64,000 bases of DNA from Amphiscolops sp. MND2022. Taxonomy: Eukaryota. Shown here one piece after another: positions 12,810 through 26,700 of the stretch (within the stretch, counting starts at the first letter, position 1; each line of letters begins with the position of its first letter). The stretch spans positions 51,586,001 through 51,650,000 of the forward strand of contig OZ076409.1 of NCBI GenBank assembly GCA_964187785.1, read 5' to 3'. Below the pieces are notes generated by a model, which was not told where the DNA came from, ran no database searches, and saw only the letters and a program-made list of their open reading frames with translations. Made by a program: the position numbers and the translations under genes.

Positions 12810-15800
12810 GTAAGTAAATTCTCATTTCCTCATTGGATCTTGTTGCATTTTCTTTCCTTGCATGTATTTGAACTTCTTTCTTGATGAAATAATTTTTTTC
12901 ATTGTGATTGAAATTGCGCAAAAAGAATGCCTCCGACGGTAGAAAAAGAGTTTCAATTTTAACCCTAAGAAGCTACGAGACAGGAACTTTCTCACTTAAC
13001 TGTTTCAGGCCTTCCCGTCAGCTTGCAAATCAATAGTTCCCAAGTTTGTTTGGAGTTGTGGCGAGCGATCTTGCTCTTATTTGTTCCAGCAACGGTTAGA
13101 TACTTTTCTTGACTGTATCCTGTGTTCAGCACTTTTTCTGGAAAACTGCAATATTTTTAAGCTGCAAGGAGTTTCCTCCCAATATGTGTTCTTCGGTTCG
13201 GTGTTTGCTGTAGAGTGACAAGAATGGATGTTACAGGAACCGCTTCTACACCTCTCTGTATCTGTGTTTGCACCTCGTGGCTCTGGTCCAGTTCCTCATA
13301 GATGTTGTTCCTCTTTCCAGAAGAGTTCATTCGGACCCTGCGAACCTTCGAGTTGCTGTTTTGTGTTGGGCCATCAATGTTATCATCTGGCTCACCTGCG
13401 TTTTCTCTGGTTAGAATTTTTGTGCGCCAAACACTTCACAGGCAGCGTGTAAAGAATTTCAAATAATTGAAGATGCTAGGTTAACAAGAATATTTTATAC
13501 CCCTCACTTCATATACCCATACTATAATGGTAATATTTTGCGTTGAAGGTAAGTTTGATAGCATACTAAAAAACGAAGATAGAACTTCTTCCGGATTCTT
13601 ATTACTTGTATCCGAATATGGTGAAATTTGACCAGCTGATGAACTCTTTGAATATTGAATTACTAAAAAACTTTCCGCCCTATGCGGTATCATCTGTAAA
13701 GTTTATACATCCAGTAATAGCTAATTATCATTTCCTTTGTTGTTGGTAATTTGTACGCCCTCGGGTAACAAATTAATAAATTATTCATTCATTCATTCAT
13801 CAAAGTCTTTAAACTTTTAGAGATTTGATTTTTTGTACTGACTTTTGAGAAATACTCTATACAACATGCTCTCAAAGTTATACGAAGTAAAGGCCACACA
13901 GCCTATAGATTTCATAAATATCACTGATGTTTCATAGAGTAAAAAATCAATGTACATTTCAGAAGAATCTCACTGGGGCTCGAAACCGAAACACTGGAAA
14001 ACTTCCCGAAAAGTAAAAAGGGAAGCTTTGGTCTCGCAGTTTTGTAGTTGAAGTAAATATGTAACCTATTCAAGTGACACCTTTGGATGCTCTTTAAAGT
14101 AGGTGAGAATAAAACTATTTTGGTTGTTTGGACTGGATTAAAAAAAGTCATTATAACATTCGGTGTAACAATACAATTTCAATAGCAACGACTATACCTT
14201 TTGTCAATTGATTTCAACACATCGGAACTTTGATTTCAACACTGCGGAACTGATTTCGACAAGAGGCATTCCGGAACTTTATTTCAACACAGGAAATTCA
14301 ATTTCGACAAATATAGAAAAACAGAAAATAACGAAAGAAAGTTTGATTTATAGTATTTCTGCCTCCATGATGCATCAAGGTAATCGGCAATAGCTGTTTT
14401 GATCTCGTCATCAACCTTTGTTTGCTTTTTTCCACCCCTTTCTTTATCTTGGTCTCTATTCACAATCGAGTAAGCGGTGGTTCGATTACTTCCCAAAATT
14501 TTTGCAAGTTGTAGAAAATCTTCTCCTCTGTTGAACGATTCCCGCAAACGAGTTTTATCAATAACTGGAATCTTGTTTTAATTTCGACGTGGAGCCATTA
14601 TATTTCAGTTGTACTGTCAGCTAAAGTTTAAAGTTTTCAAATGTTGAAGAAAAAATTCTTGTGTCGAAATTGAAATTCCTGTGTTGAAATTAAAGTTCCG
14701 GAAGGCTGCTTGTTGAAATCAAAATTCCGCTATGTTGAAATTAAAGTTCCGTTTGATGAATTCAGTTGACAAAAGGTATATTTTGTCGGATACCCTTTTT
14801 TCCAATTACTAAATATAAAAGTGATTGAGCCTAATTGATGTGATAAACTTATTAAATAGTTTCAGAGATGGTTAATGAAGAATTGAGCAATGTAGATGCC
14901 GAAGTCACTGACGTGGAACTGCAATTGGACTCAGAGAAGCAATCACTACCTGGACTTAAATTTCAAGGCCAAACCCCTATTTCGACGAATATTGGAAAAA
15001 GATTGTGCTCCGAGCTCAGCCCTTTGACTGAAAGTGTAGATGACGTCCTCATGAATAAAATACAGGCACTCATAGAAAGTTCCTTAGCAACTTATTTGCC
15101 CAAGTTCATTGCTGAACTGAGATTGACGATTGACCAGTCCATAAAGAGCCTAATCGCGGAGCACTTTAACTCATTCACAACGGAGATTAAGGAAGAAATG
15201 GACATACGTCAGAGAAATAATACCCTGAGAGGAAAGTGCGAAGCGGAAGTCCTCGAAACGTACAATCGGCGGGAAAATTTGCGGGTAGTGGGTATTGAGT
15301 GTGAAACAGAATACGAGCATAATGAGGTTACGGAAACGAAGGTTCTAGATTTAGCGAAGAAAATCGAAGTCACAATGGCCAGCTCGGATATTTCTATTGC
15401 CCATCGACTACCCACCAATAAACCGGGACCCAAACCCATTATCGTAAGATTTGCAAGGAGGATTGCTCGAATCAACATGCTGAGAAACCGAAAGAAGCTG
15501 CAAGAAAAAAGATCAATGTGCGAATGTATGAAGATCTAACAACAGCACGTGTGCGTTTCTTCAATTTAATGAAATCAGACACACGGATCAGTAAATTGTG
15601 GACGAGAGACGGTACAATTTATTTTGTCTGGAAAGACGATAATAAAACATATACCTTTAACAACTTATATGATGGTGGCATATTTTTGGAGTATGACATT
15701 GCTTATGTTGAATATTGCTTTCATATAACCAGAGAGTAGCAACCATTTTAATGTACACAAAAAGCATCATCAAAACGTGAACAGCGAGACAATAAAATAC

Positions 15801-18800
15801 GTTCTCTTGGGTCAGGCGAAAGAAACAGTTGGGTCTTCCACATGAATGTGAGATCCATCAACTTTCACTTTGAAGAGCTTCAAGTACTAGTCGCTTCATT
15901 TAAAGTTCTACCAGTGGCAATTTGTCTAACTGAGACTTGGGGTAACCAAGTTGATGACACCGATAGCCTTCTGCTAAATAAGTACCAAAAGCCCTTACAT
16001 ATATCTCGAATTAATAAAAATAGCGGCGTCTTTATATATTTTCACGAAGACTACTCTGTAAAATAAATACCAGTGGAGACAACTGTGGAAAATCTGACCT
16101 ACAAACTTTCTCGAGAATCAGACCAATTCATACTTTCATGTATCTACAACGCACCCGCTGTGGGCGTCAAGAAATTCATTGCTGATATGGAAACTATACT
16201 CACCTTCCTGAATGAAAACTCAGAGCTATCTTGCATTGTGGGAGATATGAACATCGATCTTTTAAAAGACTCACCTGAACACAGGCAATACATGTCTATT
16301 GTAAACGGAAAAGTAAAAGTGTACTTTACTTGAAGTACACCCTCGATAGATCTAAAATATCGTATAATGGCTTTCGGTTATATAGAACAAAAGTTTTAAA
16401 AGCTATCAAAAAAGAAGAGAATTTACTATGATAACTTATTTAACAATTGTCTCAAGGACAAGCGGGAGTTTTTCCGTAACCTTAACAATGTGACTGGTAG
16501 AACTTATAAACATACTATAAAAAAGATACTTAGCGATGAACATGAATACGAAAAGCCTGAAAAGATTGTTGAGAAGTTCAATGAGTATTTCTCAACAATT
16601 GGACAAACAATAAATCAACAAATAGAGAAGTGTACTGAAAGTTATTCGATAAATGAAACTGAATTCTCGATGTTTCTAAAATCCACCAACATTCCTGAAG
16701 TCAAGAAAGTAATCGATAACTTGAACGGTCATAAATCAGCGGGTTTAGATGGAATTCCGGCAGATGTCATCAAGAATTGTAGTGATATTTTTTGCTCCTC
16801 TTCTAACAAGTTTGATCAATCTATCATTCTCTCAAGGAACATTCCCAAGCTGCTTAAAAATAGCTAGAGTTATACCTATTAGCAAAGGAAATGATAAGAC
16901 TGATATGAGCAATTACCGACCAATCTCCTTACTATCTGTAGTATCCAAGGTTTTCGAGAGAATAATGTACTCTCGAATCATAAGCTTTCTGGAAAAGTTT
17001 CACCTGCTAAATGATTGTCAATTTGGGTTTCGATCTAAGAGATCATGTGTTGATGCAATAGCACACATCGTGGAGAAAGTAAGAGAGGACCACCACAAAA
17101 CCTTTAATACCTGTATTTTTAGTCGGCGCATTTTCCTTTAAGGAAAAAAGCCCGACTATTACAGTGGCTAGTTTTTTTTTTCGTCAGACCACAGAGCTCA
17201 TCGCGTATGTACCACTTTTTACAGAAACTGATAAGTTCACTCAGGCCAGTTCGACCAATGCAAACTTACTGCAAAGGGTCCCCCCTTTCGTTTTTTACCT
17301 TTTGTACGTAACCTACAAAACCGGAAGACTCCAAAGGGTCCCCCCTTTCAATTTTTTTTCGGCACTGTGCGAATTTTTATTCAAAAATTTTTAATTTTTC
17401 AAAAGAGTCCCCCCTTCGGATTTTCTGATATTTTGCAACAAAAAGTATGTTAATGAATCCCAAAGGGTCCCCCCTTTTCATTTTTCGGCACTATGCGACG
17501 TTTTCGGATTTTTTTCCAAAAAAAATTTTAAAAAATTTTTTCAAATTTTTCAAATTTTTTTTGTTTCCAGTCGAGTCGGGAAAAGTGATTTTCCAGTCAT
17601 ATCGAGCATGAAAGGCACACTTTGGGTGTCTCGAAAGTGTTTTCAAAGCTTTTCATGAATACATCCTGGGCATATTTAGAAAACTCTGAGCTTTTTGAGC
17701 CTTAGATATAGCGCCGACTTTAGACGTTCCCGTCTTGTTTCTTTTTTTTTCGTCAGACCACAGAGCTCATCGCGTATGTACCACTTTTTACAGAAACTGA
17801 TAAGTTCACTCAGGCCAGTTCGACCAATGCAAACTTACTGCAAAGGGTCCCCCCTTTCGTTTTTTACCTTTTTTACGTAACCTACAAAACCGGAAGACTC
17901 CAAAGGGTCCCCCCTTTCAATTTTTTTTCGGCACTGTGCGAATTTTTATTCAAAAATTTTTAATTTTTCAAAAGAGTCCCCCCTTCGGATTTTCTGATAT
18001 TTTGCAACAAAAAGTATGTTAATGAATCCCAAAGGGTCCCCCCTTTTCATTTTTCGGCACTATGCGACGTTTTCGGATTTTTTTTCCAAAAAAAATTTTA
18101 AAAATTTTTTTCAAATTTTTCAAAATTTTTTTTGTTTCCAGTCGAGTCGGGAAAAGTGATTTTCCAGTCATATCGAGCATGAAAGGCACACTTTGGGTGT
18201 CTCGAAAGTGTTTTCAAAGCTTTTCATGAATACATCCTGGGCATATTTAGAAAACTCTGAGCTTTTTGAGCCTTAGATATAGCGCCGACTTTAGACGTTC
18301 CCGTCTTGTTTCTTTTTTTTTCGTCAGACCACAGAGCTCATCGCGTATGTACCACTTTTTACAGAAACTGATAAGACTACTCAGGCCAAGTCAGGCCAAT
18401 GGAAACTTAGTGCAAAGGGTCCCCCTTTCATTTTTTACGTAACCTACAAAACCGGAAGAGACCAAAGGGTCCCCCCTTTCAATTTTTTTCGGCACTGTGC
18501 GAAATTTTTTTCGAAAATTTTTTAAGGTCTCAAAAGAGTCCCCCCTTCGAGTTTTTTGATATTTTGCAACCGAATGTATGTTAATGAATCCCAAAGGGTC
18601 CCCCCTTTTCATTTTTCGGCACTATGCGACATTTTCGAAGTTTTTTTAAAAAAAAATTTCAAATTTTGTTCCCAGTCGGGAAACAGTGATTTTCCAGTCA
18701 TATCGAGCATGAAAGGCACACTTTGGGTGTCTCGAAAGTGTTTTCAAAGCTTTTCATGAATACGTCCTGAGCATATTTAGAAAACTTTGCGCTTCTTGAG

Positions 18801-20654
18801 CCTTAGATATAGCGCCGACTTTAGACGTTCCCGTCTTGTTCTTGACTTGAAAAAAGCTTTCGACACAGTGGATCATACACGATTACTTCAGAAAATCTAC
18901 AATATAGGTATCAGAGGAAAAGCTTTTTACTGGCTCCAATCTTACCTGCAAGGTGGAACTCAAGTAGTATCTATAAATAATTGTTCGTCTCAAGTGCGTG
19001 ACATCAATTACGGAGTCCCCCAAGGATCAATTCTAGGTCCCCTGTTGTTCATAATATATATATCAATGATATAATATCTGTCTGTGATAAAATCCAGCCT
19101 ACATTGTTTGCAGATGATACAAACCTTCCAATTTCTATGGAAAAAGCTGCCATCACCGAATTCGCTAATGATATGGAACTGAATAGAATTGACATGTGGC
19201 TAAAAGTTAATAAATTATCTCTTAATCTCGATAAGACTCATTGTATGCCCTTTAAGAACAAAAATAGATGTGATGATTTCACTATGGGATCTGAAACGAT
19301 CAAAGTAACTAGCGCAGTCAAGTATTTGGGAGTGTGGATTGATGAGAATCTAAAATTTTGCGAACATGTGAACTATCTTTTGAAAAAATTGGGTAAACAC
19401 CTCGGAGTAGTTGCTAGGTTAAGACATTTTGTGTCAAAGAACGTGTTATTCAATTATTACAACTTCTATGTGAAACCGGTCTTACAGTATGGATTGCTTA
19501 TCTATGGGGGAAATTCTTTTTCTAATTTGGACAAATTGAGTGTCTACCAACGTAAAATGATCAGATTGATCTTGTTCAAGAAACGGAATGCTAGCATAGA
19601 AACTGACATGATTAAATATAATGTACTCTCGTTGACTCAATTGTATTTCTACGACTTGATCAAATTTGCATTACGAAGCGTGAGAAAAGAACTCTCTTCT
19701 GAGTTTTTAAAAAATTTTATACACGTGCCAATTCAAGAGCAACTCGAATGCAGTCCGCATGTAAATATTTGATCCCCAAAGGAAAAAACAACTGGGACAA
19801 TTTTCCTTTGAAAACCCGTGGAAATAAACTTCTAAACTTCTTGATAGATCAGAAACTTGTTCCTGATAACTTATGGGACCTCAGTCAGTACGAATTCAAT
19901 TGTGAAATCCACAAATTCAAAGATTTTTTGAAACTAATCCCCGATGAAAACCTACGTATGATCTTGAAGTGAAATACGTCGAAATAGTTTAATCTTTATT
20001 GTATTAAGTGCTTCTTTATAACACATCCTAACTTATGTTTGAACCCCTGAGTGTATATATGTTTCTGAGGCGTTATCGTTAAATATGAATAACTTCCTTG
20101 TTTAATTTCCAATCGATGTCAACCATGGAGTGTGAAGTACTCCACTTGCTTCTGCCACCTGATGCAAAAAATCCCGCGTTAGAGTTCTTGGGGGTCTATA
20201 TCTTTGCTCCCCGTGAGCATCGAAGACTCCTGGGCCAGTAAAGTCGGGCATCAGGTGTGCAGAAGCCGCTGAAAAAAGACTAGCACAGCAAGGGTCTGAG
20301 ATACGAGTTTTCAACAATTTGTTTTCAGTTTCTGTACTCTTATGATCTTCGAATTGCTCTACAGTCTCCCTTCAAACGCGGAAGTGGACTGAAATAAGGT
20401 AACCCTAACCAGGAACTCAAAATCGTCTATATAGCCTTTTTAAAATGTAAATTTTCTCCATAAATTCCATTTAATTTCTTATTCAGTGAAACTAACATCC
20501 TAAAAATAATTACAAAAACTCCGAAACTTGAAATACGGGATCCAGCTAAGATGGCATGAACTTGCCTTTCTGGTTCCCCTCCAACACCAGCTACTCTCTG
20601 GCTACTATTGATTCAATCTATATTAATTGGTGATTGGAGAAACGTTAGATAATA

Positions 20655-20751
<97 letters not shown>

Positions 20752-23700
20752 GTAACGTTTTGCTATATATTTTCCTGGAATTTCGTGAAATTCATCGTTT
20801 GCAAGTTTCCATAATTCATGAAAGGTCTCCGGATGTCATCTACACATGCTTAATTTTAGAGTGCTCCACCGATAATTTCAAAATCCGGATATGATGATCG
20901 CCGGTTTTCAAGTACAGTAGACCAATTTTCCCCGAAAAAAATCGTTTCATCGTATGAGCGGTGTCCTGTTGGAAGGTATGAAAATATTATGCATATATAG
21001 GAAGTCGAGAGCATGATCTTGGAAAAAGAGGTTCTCGTCCGACCCAGTTTTGTTTTCGATGGGAATTATCAAAATTTCGCCACTCGATCAAATACAATCC
21101 CAAACTTATTGACCTAAACAGTTTTTCTTGAAGAAACCGTTGTCCATCCGAGTATTTTTCGGTCATCTGACAAGTATTGTAGATTTCCTGTTGAGGTTGA
21201 GCATTTTTTCGTCCGAGAACACAACGGCTTCCCAGAAATCAGCTTTTTTCTGAACATTTCGTGTGCCTATTTTTTTGTTTTGAAATGAAATTGGTGGCTT
21301 TCGGCAATTTTTGTGCTCAAGGCAAACCTGACTAGTATTTTCCGGATAGACGATCTGGAAATGTCGATTTGTCGAGTGGTTTTTTATTTGGGAAGCGTTT
21401 AAAACTTTTTGGATGCCCGCATAACGAAACGGTTTTTTTCCAATCTTTTTGACCAGGTTTTTGTTATGAATATATCCGCGGTCATTGTATCGTTTGATAC
21501 GGTACTTCGAGATACTGTAGATTTACGTATTCTGGTTGAAATTGATAATTTGACCAACAGAAAATTTTGCCAATATAAATGTAAGATTTGCTGACCCAAT
21601 TCTGGCTAGTTGTAAGGGATTTCAAAACATAATTTTAATCATTAATATCAAATAATTTTGAATTGTTAAGAATGCTTTTTATATATGCGTTTACTCTACG
21701 TTTTTGTAACTTGAAGCTTAAAAAGTTATGAAGTCCTTCAAATTAACGTGGGAGCTGTTTTGTGAGATATGTTGAACGTCTTACAGTCCTAAAATCTTAT
21801 TGATGACCCTTTGGGTTCTTTTTCCTTCCATGTCGCTTCAAAATATTGGAATAACTTAGTGAAGGTTTTTGAAAATCTTTTGGGTAAAATAACAAGACGC
21901 CCGCTGACAAGTGGGATATTTTCTACCCAAAAAGTAGCCACTGCCTTACAAGCAATCTGACCTGGATGTTCCAGGGGTGTGTATGACTTTTGGAGGTTAT
22001 GATATTGCTTTGATGTTTCATACTTGCTCCTTACTTGGAGACGAACCCTTCGCAACTGTTCGTTAGATCATATTTGTGTGCAAAACAAAGCGAACTGAAT
22101 GTGAATTTATTTCTACGTAAGTAACTATAGATCTGTGAGCCTTGAATGTGATATTTAAAACATAACACAGTTTGATGATTTGGAAGTGATGGAGTGGGAA
22201 TCATCAGTTGAAAGTGATGAATTAAAATTTCTAAATGGAAAATTCAACGTTTGATGGGTGACTTAAGAAATAATGGATCCATCCAAAAAATGGAAGTTTA
22301 CGAGAAGGCTTTAAAAATTGAGGTGTTCATTTTCAGAATCAGGCCAAATGCATCGCAAACGCAAATGATGTGTCAATAAAAGTAATTTCTTGGTCTTTTT
22401 CCATTATAAAGCTCATTATGTACTTAACGAAATAGTCACAAGAGGTAAAATAGCTCAAAAAATATTCAGGAAACTGCGATCTGTACCAGGAACTGCAATG
22501 CAATACCTCATTTTCGGTCAAGATGAAATGGATTCATTTAAAGAGTTTCAGTTATTCAATTAAGGGAAATTTAACAAATCCGTTAAATGGGTATGAAATG
22601 GATCCATTATATTGATCATCGCCGGTTGAAATATTCTAGCAAAGCGCTTTAAAAAGTTTATGGACCGACCTCACTGAAGCTCCAATGGCAGTAGCGATAA
22701 TTATTTTTTAATGCATCATAGTATTTCAAAACTTGTTACCATTGTTAAGTGAGGTTTTTCGGCCTAACTTAGCCATCCTAATAGTTTTCCCGCAAATGTA
22801 GTAGTTACATTTAGTTTAAAACTTCGGAGTTTTGTGTGCTGTCTTTTCTGGTGATGTTCAAGAACATCTCTGATGAACAATAGATGCACCGTACTCATCA
22901 TACTCTCTTCTTGTTATCCACTTTTCCTGGAAGTTTGTTAACGAAGATAAAACTGATCCGCCCATCCAAACAGAGTACTTCCTTTTAGGTGGTGAAATGA
23001 CGTCAACTTTTGTCGATGGAGGAACTAACGTCAAAATCTCTTTTTCGACCCTTTCGGGTAATTTTGGGAACATAGTGGTACCTCCCGAAAGAACCAAGTT
23101 AGCATATAGGTCACGTCGAATATCAATATCGCATGCTACAATTGAGTCGTTTATAGTATGGTGAATGCCCGCTGATTCAACTCCTATAACCGAAGGCTCG
23201 AAAAGGGCCTCAACACATCGGAATCGTTCCGTGCCCACAATAATTTCTCGTCCGTCCGGAAGTTGATAAATTTTTTCAAGGTCTGGATTTGTTCTGGCTG
23301 CTTGCATCTCTTCCTGGAAATCCATGGCTGTGTAAGCCAGAGTCTCTTTGATGTCACGAACTATTTCTCGCTCAGCTGAGGTTGTGAAAATATGGCCTCG
23401 CTCTGTCAGAATTCGCATAAGATACTCTGTAACAAGAACATTCAGTATTCCGCTTCAAAGAATTTTGTATGATTTCTTTTCAATTTTCCAGTGGTCAAAT
23501 AGTAGTTTCAAATGAACACGGAAAATAATGGCTCCTTGATAGCTTTTCCAGTGATTTCTTTTCCTTTTCAGCTTTTCCTTGATTTCTTTTCAATTTTCCA
23601 GTGGTCAAATAGTAGTTTCAAATGAACACGGAAAATGATGGCTCCTTGATAGCTCTTTGGTTCTGAATTTTTGAAGTTTTAATGTTCTGGAAATCTATTT

Positions 23701-26700
23701 ACATTAAGCAAGCCTATCTCGGACTTTAAAAAATAAATACCTGTGATATCTCTGCCAGCTAGATCAATTCTCAGAGTTGCATGCGGCAGTGTAAAGCCCT
23801 CATAAATGGGCACAGTGTGCGAAACCCCGTCTCCAGAGTCCATCACTGTGCCTGTAATTCTTCCCGACGAGTAGAGCGACAGAACTGCTTGAATAGATAT
23901 ATACATGGCTGGACACCCAAATGTCTCAAAAATTATTTCCGTCATTTTCTCTCTGTTGCCCTTGGGGTTCAATGGCGCTTCTGTTAATAGCACGGGCTTC
24001 TCTTCTGGGTTCACCATCAGTTCATTGTAAAATGTATGGTGCCACACTTTCTCCATGTCATCCCAGTTTATCACGATCCCATGTTCGATTGGGTATTTTA
24101 GGGAAAGAACCCCTCGCTTAGTTTGGGCCTCATGTCCCACGTAATATTCGCTGTGATCTACCTCTACCATAGTTTCCCGGAAACGGGGTCTCCCTACTAG
24201 AGAGGGGAATACGACACTTGGCGAGTCCTCACCTATTCAAAATTTCAACTTATGTACCTGAAAGTTAGAGGTTAAACCAAAATACATTGATTGTTTCTCT
24301 GAACAACAATTTCAACATACAAAACAGATTTTTCTATTTATTCAAGTAGACTTTTTGGTTATAACTCTGAAAATTAAACGTTGGTCAAATTCAACATTTT
24401 AAACGTGGAATGGAATTATCAAAACCTTCTCACCTGCGAAGCCCGCTTTCACCATCCCAGTGCCATTATCAATAACAACGGCCATACTATCTGGACTTCC
24501 CATGAAGATGAGATAAATGTAAGAAAAACTCAACAGTTGTAGTGTCTTTCTCTTGGTCCAATTTTCAGTAGATACTGATTTTTTGCAGGTAGATTTTTTC
24601 AGGGATGATATTCTGTCTCTTGAATCAAAACGAGAAGCCAAGCGAAGGTTGTGCAGCCAAGCCGTATTCCAAATATTGTCTTTCCATTCTCAAAAGCTTT
24701 TTCAGTTTATCTGAGGCTATATGTTGATGAGCTTTTAAGCAAATTCGTTTTTTTTGTTTGCGCAGAACGTCAGGGATGTTTTTGTGTATCACCAGAATAA
24801 GTGTGAATTTTCCTATTGCTGCTGCACATTGGTAGTTTTTTGCTAACGTTACCTGTGCTAAAAAGGAAGCAAAACCGAGAATGTAGCCTCAACGCGAACT
24901 GTTTACTTTCTCTGTAAGCAGTTAGGCTTCAACGTGGTTGCCGACCAACGGAACGAAAAGCGATGAAAATAGTAGCTTTATTCTCTCCGAGTACCGACTC
25001 GAAAAACGATTGTAGTTTATGAAATTCCGAGCATTTATCAAGACATGAGCACGTCATAAATGTTGGTTAGTTATCAACACATTTTATACGTGATACTGCT
25101 GCTCAACAATATTGTAAAAAGGTTGAATTGCATTTTTATATCTTCATTTTCTCGGAAGGGTTGTTTTGGATGTTCCTGGTAACTGTTAGCAGCATACGTC
25201 AACCGAAAGAGACAAGTGTTTGTGCAAGACTGAAATTTTTCTGAAATTTCTGTTGATGTTTCGAGAGCTTTTATCGATGCTGATGTTGAATAGTTTGGAT
25301 TTATGAATTACCTTGACGAACGCAATAGAACTAAATGGTGACTAATAGAACTAGTGTGACATTGACAAAATTTTTGAACTTTGAGCCCTTATTTCTCGTT
25401 CTCTATGATGTCTACGCGTTTAGTTTTTTTCAAAAACAATTCGACATGACTCTGGAATACCTTCCAGTAACAGAAGTTTTGTCGACGGATGTTTCAACAT
25501 AGTCTTTCCCCTTAGAAAACTTGATAGGTCGAATCTGAACACGTTTTTAATCAGTTGGCTACTATTATCTTCGGAACCATTCGAGATACTGGCATGATGG
25601 GTGAATGCTTTTTCATGGTGCACTCCCGGAGCTATGTCGTGGAACTACTTTCATCTCGCTTAAGTTGTTACTCAGTAATTTTTTGACAAAAAATGTTCAT
25701 TCATTGAAAGCAACTTTTCAGCCTTTTTGGACTATATTACAGAGTATTTGTGATGCAGTAAAATTTTTGCTATAAAAGATGCTCGAGGCAATGACCCATG
25801 TTCTAGTTCTGAAATATTCACCCAGAGCAAGCTCCATCATACAACGTTTTTGCGGAAGCTTATTATATTTCCCAGCCAGAATGTCATTTATATCTCCGGA
25901 AACATTCGAGATATTGGTATGATGCACCAGTACGTTTTAGGGTGCGCTCATGGCGCATTCTTCTGGAACTAGTTTAATCTCGCTAAAGTAGCTACTTCGT
26001 ACATTTTTAAACAAAATGTTCATTGATCAAATGCGACTTTTTCAAGACCTTTTAGTGCCCATATCTTCGAGGCTATTCTTGGTGCAGTAAAACTTTGTCC
26101 TCTGAAAAATGCATCTTTTAATTGCCTGTTTTAGAGCAGGAAAATTGAACCAGAGCAGGCTCCATCGTACTCTTTTTTGTGACAAATGTTGCAGATTGAG
26201 CTTATAATCCCACTTACTAACAAATGGGAAGTACTTTCGAAGTACTGTCATGATGAGTTGATGATTTCTCACGGTACACTCCTGGGGCCCTCGTGGAACT
26301 TCTTACATTCGCTAATGTAGCAATTTAGTGCTAAAACTGCTCCTATATCAAATGAGACTATTATCCCATCTAGTTTTTACTGCCTATCTTCGAGACTACT
26401 TACGATACAGATGTCATACTTATCCGGAATTTACTTGTTGTCAAACAAGTTTTCTTAGCAAGCCTTGCGCTAAGCACCTTAGCGCCTACGTTTTTAGTCT
26501 GGTGTGGCGGTGAAAAAGTCTTTCAGCCTTCAAACCATGTTTCTGTTCCCTCCAAGCGCCCCAGGGAAATAAGTAAAAAATGTTCAAATACATTGTTTCA
26601 ACATTGTTCGTGATGAAATTTTGATCCTTTAAGACAATTGATTATGATAAAATCTTTCACACAATTTCTGTCTCAAAATGTTCTAGATTTCTTTATTTCG

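Noticed and set aside
13228..13452. 74-aa ORF from the track as a separate gene
   Set aside because: Alternative frame over ZDHHC4 exon 3.
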